A DNA stretch of 64,000 nucleotides from Ignavibacteriota bacterium (GTDB taxonomy: Bacteria; Bacteroidota; Ignavibacteria; UBA10030; UBA6906): the NCBI GenBank assembly GCA_963801355.1, contig CAWDEM010000008.1, positions 1,728,001 to 1,792,000 on the forward strand, read 5' to 3'. A program made the translations under genes and the position numbers. The notes beneath the pieces were generated by a model. The model saw only the letters and a program-made list of their open reading frames with translations, did no database searches and was not told the origin of the DNA. Each line of letters opens with the position of its first letter. Position 1 is the first letter of the stretch. Below, in pieces: positions 58,344 to 64,000 of this stretch.

Positions 58344-59702
58344 ATGACTATGACACAGACACGACGGGAATTCCTCCGCAACGCCGCCGCCGGCGGCACG
58401 GCGATTGCCGCGGGCATCATCGGCACCGGCGCTCTCAGCTATAGCCGCATCCTCGGATCGAACGACCGTGTACGGGTTGGCATCGTCGGGTTTTCGGACC
58501 GCGCAAAGGCGACCCTGATTCCGGCACTCCTCGTTCACGCGAAGGAATTGAACTTTGAGATCACCGCGATCTCAGACATCTGGAGCCGTCGCCGGGAAGA
58601 AGGTGCGGCGTTCGTGAAACAGCTCACCGGCAAGGCGGTGACTCTTGCCCGGAACAACGAGGAACTGTATGAACGCCGGCTCGCCGATGCTGTGATCATC
58701 AGTACAGCGGACTTCCAGCATGCCCTCCATGGAGTGGAAGCGGTACAGGCCGGCGTTGATGCCTACATCGAAAAGCCGATGGCAGAGTCGATGACGGATG
58801 CGCGCACAATTCTCAAGGCGGTGAAGGCATCGAAACAGGTCGTGCAGATTGGCTCGCAGCGACGCAGCGGTGCGAACTACATAGCAGCTCACAAGTATAT
58901 CGCCTCGGGCAAGTTCGGCGCGATCACGATGGTGGAAATGACCTGGAACGTCAATCAGCCGGGTCGCTGGCGCCGCCCGAAGCTCGTCGCTGAGATTCAG
59001 CAAGGCGATACCGATTGGAAACGGTACGTAATGGGAAAAACTCACGATACATGGGATGCGCGGAAGTACATCGAATATCGCCTCTTCTGGCCGTATTCCT
59101 CCGGCATCCCGGGTCAATGGATGTCGCACCAGATCGATACGGTTCACTGGTTTTCCGGCTTGCGACGTCCACGGAGCGTGGTTGCGAACGGAGGCATCTA
59201 TGTGTGGAAAGACGGGCGCGAAAATGCGGATACGATGACCGCGGTGTTTGACTATGGACCACTGAACGATCCGGCTACGGGATTCCAGGTGTTGTATTCC
59301 TCCCGCATGCACAATTCCGCCGGAGGCGTCAAAGAGATCTATTTTTCCAATGCCGGCACACTCAATCTCGACATGAATGAAATCACGCCGGACGGAGGGC
59401 TGAAGGCTCCGCAGGCGGCGGAGATGGGAATGGCGCCGAATCTCCTCGAACCGATGACACTGGAATCAGACGAGCGGGTCGTGACGGAAGCTAATACCAG
59501 CGTGGATGGCATGAGTTCGGCGCATATGCGCAATTGGATGGAATGCATTCGAAGCCGCAAGACCCCGAATGCCGACATCGTGGCGGGCTACGACCACTCG
59601 GTCGCAGATGTCATGACGACGGCAGCTCTGCACACCGGCCAGCGGGTGACGTTTGATGACGCCACGCAAGAAGTGAAGGCGGGTGACACAATCTTCAAGT
59701 GA
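58344..59702 (+). CDS. Tat-exported Gfo/Idh/MocA oxidoreductase
   Basis: TRREFL, RVGIVG, TADFQH, EKPMA, QIGSQRRS, WMSHQID. Confidence 0.93.
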   Translation: MTMTQTRREFLRNAAAGGTAIAAGIIGTGALSYSRILGSNDRVRVGIVGFSDRAKATLIPALLVHAKELNFEITAISDIWSRRREEGAAFVKQLTGKAVTLARNNEELYERRLADAVIISTADFQHALHGVEAVQAGVDAYIEKPMAESMTDARTILKAVKASKQVVQIGSQRRSGANYIAAHKYIASGKFGAITMVEMTWNVNQPGRWRRPKLVAEIQQGDTDWKRYVMGKTHDTWDARKYIEYRLFWPYSSGIPGQWMSHQIDTVHWFSGLRRPRSVVANGGIYVWKDGRENADTMTAVFDYGPLNDPATGFQVLYSSRMHNSAGGVKEIYFSNAGTLNLDMNEITPDGGLKAPQAAEMGMAPNLLEPMTLESDERVVTEANTSVDGMSSAHMRNWMECIRSRKTPNADIVAGYDHSVADVMTTAALHTGQRVTFDDATQEVKAGDTIFK

Positions 59703-59766
59703 GGGACCTGCAACGAAGACAATGTCAGAAGGAGACTCACAACGATAAGTTGATTGAGGGCGCATT

Positions 59767-62358
59767 TCATTCAAATACGTTCTCGATGAGGACAAAGCGC
59801 ATTTTTCGGTAGCTCTCAGTGTAGGCGATCTCGCTGGCATCCCTGCTGACACTGAAGTAGGCACCCAGACCCGGGAATCTCCTCACCATCAGGTCCTTCC
59901 CGCCCGGCAGGGAAATATGGTGAAGCTCCGAGCTCCCAAGAGGGACATAATACAAATCGCGCATCCCCGGGGGAAATATCCCGTACGAGATCCCTCTGGT
60001 CAGTCTTCTTGTGTTTGCCGTCCTTGTTGCACTGAAGGCGGATCCCGCAGTTATCCACCAACCTTCTCTGCCGCTTCGCCAATCAAGCCCGACAACGTAC
60101 TTCCCTTGTAGCACTGGGACCGCCATCACTGAATCTTCTGAGATCTTCACCCCGCCGGGCTTATCGATAGCCCTCGTGTATGTGCCTGAAAATCCCCATG
60201 ATGCAAACTCCTTTTCACTGTACCAGGGAGAGTTTCCCCCTCTGCCCATAGCTCTCGGCTGGCCTGGGCTGTCAGCCTGAATCAGATAGACTTGCGAGGA
60301 ATCTTGGGGGTCGGAACCCCTGCGGGAATGGTATGTTATCCACTTCTCATCGGGAGACCAGAGTGGCGCGGATTTGTACAGAAGATCATCCGTCAACTTC
60401 CTGACGTTCCCCCCGTCTCTGTCCATCAAGTAAATGTTTCTCGCGGTGTTGATGGCGTCAACTTCTTGTGCGGGAAAAGCGATATACCGCCCGCTTGGTG
60501 AAATCGAGGCCAGCCCTCGTTCCCGTTCATCCACAGTGAGTTGCCGGATGGTGCCATCTTTGGTGCTGGCGATCTTGATCTGTCCGATGTCCTGGATTTC
60601 TGCGTACATCAGCTTGTCGCCATCCGGCGTCATGCCCAGGGGGACGTCAGGTCCGCTACCGCGGGTTACCCGAACAGGCTCTCCCCCGCTTGCCGGGATC
60701 ATCCAGATATTAACGTTGCCGCCCCTGTTCGATGAATAGAAGATATGACCTGTCCGGGTCCAGATTGCATCATCCGCAAATTTCTCATCACGGGTCAGTG
60801 GAAGGTCTCTGCCACTCTCAAGGTCACGGATCATGATCTCGGAGTGTCCCTGCGGAAAGTTCCTTGTCCATGCGATTGATTTGCCATCGGGCGAGTAATG
60901 GAATGCGAAGCGAATCCCGGGACTTGCTGTTATGGTGTCGGTGATCTCGATACGGCGATCCGATCCGTCCGGTTTGCAGCTCCACCACCGATTGATCGAT
61001 CGACCCGCCCTGAGATCCTCGTCGTGCAGATATCCGAACCGCTCCCCATCGGGCCTCCAGACCTGGTCGTAGCCATTGTCCACGACGACCCTCCCCGTCC
61101 CACCCAGCGAAGAAATACTTACGATTTCGTAAGGTTCCCGGGGAGCAGAGTGACGCGAATAGAGGATCGTGCCTGCATCCGGCGATAGGGCGACATTGAA
61201 TATGTGACTGCAGGAATCGTGTGTAATTCTTCGCGGTTGTCCCTGCGCAACGTTCATCATGTAGACGTCAAACTTGTCGCGATCATCTGCAGCGGGGAAA
61301 GCGATCCAGCTTCCATCCCGTGACATGCTGGCATAGGCAACATCCCGGAAAGGGAGTTGCAGGACCCGGAATTTCATCTCCGGATTGAGCCGAGGTGCAC
61401 GGGAGAGCAGAAGAACCGCGACGACCGCACACACAACTGCGATTGCACCGGACAGGAGAAAAGCGAGCCGCCGCTTTGAGCGACCCCGCGGATTCCCCGG
61501 AGGGACCATGGCCATCTCCCCATGGCGCTCGGGGAATCGCACAACTCTCGTGCTCTCCTTTTTGAGTCTGCGAAGGTCAATCACCATATCGTGGACAGTC
61601 TGATACCGCTCCTCAGGATCCTTTTCCAGCGCCCGGTTGACTACATGCAACAACTCCGACGGGGCATCCGGGAGAGCCTTCTGTAGCGATTCAGGCTCCT
61701 CGTTCACGATTGAATACATCATCGCCGCCTCGTGCTCTCCCCGGAAAGGCAGGTGGCCCGTCAGCATTTCATAGAGCACCACGCCGAACGAGAAAATGTC
61801 CGACCGGGCATCAGTTTCTCTCCCTTCAATCTGCTCCGGTGCCATGTATGCCAGGGTCCCAACGGTGCTCGATGTCTTTGTAAGCTTCAGTGACCCCTTC
61901 AGCCTCGCTAACCCGAAATCCATCACTTTTACCTGGTCTTTCGAGTTGACCATGATGTTGTCTGTCTTGATGTCGCGATGCACGATCCCTTTGCTGTGGG
62001 CCTCATGAAGTGCCTCACCGATCTGTATCGCGTAGCCGACCGCTGCCTGGATCGAGCGAACAGGCACCATCTGGCTGAGTGTCTTGCCATCGACATATTC
62101 CATCGCGATGAAGGGCTGGTCTTCAGCTTCTGCAATATCGTAGATGGTGCAGACGTTGGGATGGTTGAGGGCGGAGGCGGCCTGAGCTTCCTGCAGAAAA
62201 CGGGCCCGCTCGGGTTCGTGAGACTGGAGACTGTGGGGGAGGAATTTCAGCGCGACGGTACGTTTGAGGCGGGTGTCTTCTGCTTTGTAGACGACACCCA
62301 TGCCGCCTTCGCCGAGCTTTTCGAGGATCTTGTAGTGGGAAACGGTCTGGCCGATCAT
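59767..62358 (-). CDS. Ser/Thr protein kinase with TM helix and TolB-like (PD40) propeller
   Basis: MIGQTVSHYKILEKLGEGGMGVVY, HRDIKTDN, DFGLA, GTLAYMAPEQ, then SPDG-type repeats. Confidence 0.95.
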   Translation of the reverse strand: MIGQTVSHYKILEKLGEGGMGVVYKAEDTRLKRTVALKFLPHSLQSHEPERARFLQEAQAASALNHPNVCTIYDIAEAEDQPFIAMEYVDGKTLSQMVPVRSIQAAVGYAIQIGEALHEAHSKGIVHRDIKTDNIMVNSKDQVKVMDFGLARLKGSLKLTKTSSTVGTLAYMAPEQIEGRETDARSDIFSFGVVLYEMLTGHLPFRGEHEAAMMYSIVNEEPESLQKALPDAPSELLHVVNRALEKDPEERYQTVHDMVIDLRRLKKESTRVVRFPERHGEMAMVPPGNPRGRSKRRLAFLLSGAIAVVCAVVAVLLLSRAPRLNPEMKFRVLQLPFRDVAYASMSRDGSWIAFPAADDRDKFDVYMMNVAQGQPRRITHDSCSHIFNVALSPDAGTILYSRHSAPREPYEIVSISSLGGTGRVVVDNGYDQVWRPDGERFGYLHDEDLRAGRSINRWWSCKPDGSDRRIEITDTITASPGIRFAFHYSPDGKSIAWTRNFPQGHSEIMIRDLESGRDLPLTRDEKFADDAIWTRTGHIFYSSNRGGNVNIWMIPASGGEPVRVTRGSGPDVPLGMTPDGDKLMYAEIQDIGQIKIASTKDGTIRQLTVDERERGLASISPSGRYIAFPAQEVDAINTARNIYLMDRDGGNVRKLTDDLLYKSAPLWSPDEKWITYHSRRGSDPQDSSQVYLIQADSPGQPRAMGRGGNSPWYSEKEFASWGFSGTYTRAIDKPGGVKISEDSVMAVPVLQGKYVVGLDWRSGREGWWITAGSAFSATRTANTRRLTRGISYGIFPPGMRDLYYVPLGSSELHHISLPGGKDLMVRRFPGLGAYFSVSRDASEIAYTESYRKMRFVLIENVFE

Positions 62359-62475
62359 GGGGAACCCCAAGGGATTATCCACTATCCATGGATCTTGGGT
62401 AATTCGATCCCAACGGCACCGAGAACCAGGAGTACGGCACAATGATACGGCAGGAAAAATCGATAGTCAAACGAT

Positions 62476-63645
62476 CTATTCTGTGACGATTTCGATGATG
62501 TCCTCCAGCATGCGGTCAGGACACTTCCCATGCATGACGTTGATGATGACGGCTATGCTCACACCGTAATCCGGCAGATATGCCATATAGGCGGACGTGC
62601 CGATATTTCCTCCTCCATGTCCGTACGCCTTCTCCCCATTTGTTATCTTCTCCTTGAAGAGGAACACCCCCAGACCGTAGCCTTCGCACCAAGAACCTGC
62701 AGCGGCAGGATTGAAATCCAACATCTGATCCAATGACGCTCTTTTCAGGATCTTTCCGCCAAAGAGAGATTGACACCATACTGCCAGATCCTGGGCGGTG
62801 GTAAACACTCCTGATGATCCATATGTAATACTTTCGTGCGATGCCCTCGGAATGTATGTCAAATCCCTGATCGAGCCGTCCTTTTCAAAATTGTCTCCCC
62901 ACACATGCGCCAGCTGATCCATTGGAATATCCTCTTCCATCGAAAGGTACGTGTGTGTGAGTCCAAGCGGTTGCCAGAAACGCCGACGGAATTCTGTCGA
63001 GAGGGACGAACCGGTTGCCCGGGTTATGATCTGTGCAAGCAACAGGTAGTTCGTATTCGAATACCGGAAGCCCTTGCCCGGAGCGAAATGGGGATCTTTC
63101 AAATAGGTCAACACGACTTCCGGAGTGAAGACACTGTCACGATAGGCGATGAGGTCATCCCACAACTTCTGGTTCTCCCAGAACATGAAAACCCCGCTCG
63201 TGTGCGAGAGAAGCTGCCGGATCGTGATCGCGCCATCGATCTTGGGATGTGTCGGAAGCCATCTCTTCACCGGATCTTCCAGGGAGAGCAGTCCTTCCTC
63301 CGCGAGTCGGAGCACAAGGGCTGCGACCATGTTCTTGGTGATGCTGCCGGTGGCAAAGAGCATGTTTGGTTTCATGGCAACGGTATCGTGCGAGACACCT
63401 GCGCCTATGCAATGGACGGTTCCATCGCGCAACACGACTGCCGTGGATGCCCCCTTTACATCGTACTGTTGCAGCCGATCATTCAGAGCATCTCTCAACC
63501 GTTCGTCAAGTGAACGGACATCCCGGGAGCATGACGAGATGTAGGCAAGTGCTGAGGTAAGCAGTATGACGCCGAGTCTCGGACAGCAGACAATGGAAAA
63601 CCTTTCAAAGCAGTGACTCTTCCGTCGTTGTCGCTGGTTCTTCAT
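62476..63645 (-). CDS. Serine hydrolase, beta-lactamase / D-Ala-D-Ala carboxypeptidase (S12) family
   Basis: GSITK (SxxK), LLSHTSG, YSNTNY, YGLG, HGG; AGGAGG RBS. Confidence 0.92.
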   Translation of the reverse strand: MKNQRQRRKSHCFERFSIVCCPRLGVILLTSALAYISSCSRDVRSLDERLRDALNDRLQQYDVKGASTAVVLRDGTVHCIGAGVSHDTVAMKPNMLFATGSITKNMVAALVLRLAEEGLLSLEDPVKRWLPTHPKIDGAITIRQLLSHTSGVFMFWENQKLWDDLIAYRDSVFTPEVVLTYLKDPHFAPGKGFRYSNTNYLLLAQIITRATGSSLSTEFRRRFWQPLGLTHTYLSMEEDIPMDQLAHVWGDNFEKDGSIRDLTYIPRASHESITYGSSGVFTTAQDLAVWCQSLFGGKILKRASLDQMLDFNPAAAGSWCEGYGLGVFLFKEKITNGEKAYGHGGGNIGTSAYMAYLPDYGVSIAVIINVMHGKCPDRMLEDIIEIVTE

Positions 63646-63654
63646 TGCACCCTC

Positions 63655-63816
63655 CTACTCCGATTCCGGAATGACGCACCGGAAGCCGATCCAGTGGATG
63701 CGATTGGATGAAGGGGTCAGTCCCTTGCGATAGGAGGCTCGAACGTGCCAGCGGGGATCGTACACCATAACCATCTTATCCTTCTCGCGAACGAATGTGC
63801 TTCCTAACTTCTTCAT
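63655..63816 (-). pseudogene. Short ORF / remnant ending in an FGE-sulfatase-like C-terminal motif
   Basis: 53 aa ending VRASYRKG...RIHWIGFRCV; its stop overlaps the RBS of the serine hydrolase. Confidence 0.45.
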
Positions 63817-63898
63817 GAACCGCCTGGAGGACAGGGTGAAGAGTCCCCCGTGGGTGGAGAGGGACTTGAATTCAATGGTTGAATACAGGTGTACTTCG

Positions 63899-64000
63899 TC
63901 AGAACATCACCATCAGCGATGATAGAACAATGGCAACGCACACAGCGAGGTGTATGATAAATGCGTAGCTCCGGGCCTTTGCCATCTTCCTTGTATTCGT
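63899..64000 (-). CDS. Possible 3' end of a membrane protein running off the window
   Basis: Open frame ...KARSYAFIIHLAVCVAIVLSSLMVMF*; only 33 codons visible. Confidence 0.35.
   Translation of the reverse strand, partial: TNTRKMAKARSYAFIIHLAVCVAIVLSSLMVMF

Noticed and set aside
62476-63645. Antibiotic-resistance beta-lactamase
   Set aside because: HGG rather than KTG triad and overall pattern fit S12 peptidases/esterases; resistance cannot be claimed.

Overview
A 64-kb bacterial chromosomal window, probably from an Ignavibacteria-like member of the Bacteroidota/Chlorobiota lineage; this is inferred from a T9SS-type C-terminal domain, a tricorn protease and a PD40 Ser/Thr kinase. About 45 CDS are supported. 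They include a LacI regulator, a PP2C/SpoIIE phosphatase, a RAYT-type HUH (Y1) nuclease flanked by 13-bp tandem arrays, and an NCS1 permease. A six-gene Hyf/Ehr membrane complex has a large subunit lacking all Ni-Fe cysteine ligands. Carbohydrate genes include an SSS transporter, GH2, GH38 and a DUF1080/epimerase/Gfo-Idh-MocA trio. There are also peptidases, transporters and an HTH-HATPase-STAS regulator. The best candidate for an undescribed system is a tightly coupled operon (22163-28244): three radical SAM enzymes, a bacterial ceramide-synthase-like GNAT protein and a PAP2/IPC-synthase-like membrane protein, suggesting a lipid tailoring pathway. Other signals are a CTAG-bounded MITE-like repeat present twice, a nitrilase domain missing its catalytic Cys, two single-base frameshifts and several gene remnants. 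No rRNA, tRNA or CRISPR array was seen. All calls come from motif reading by eye; no searches were run.
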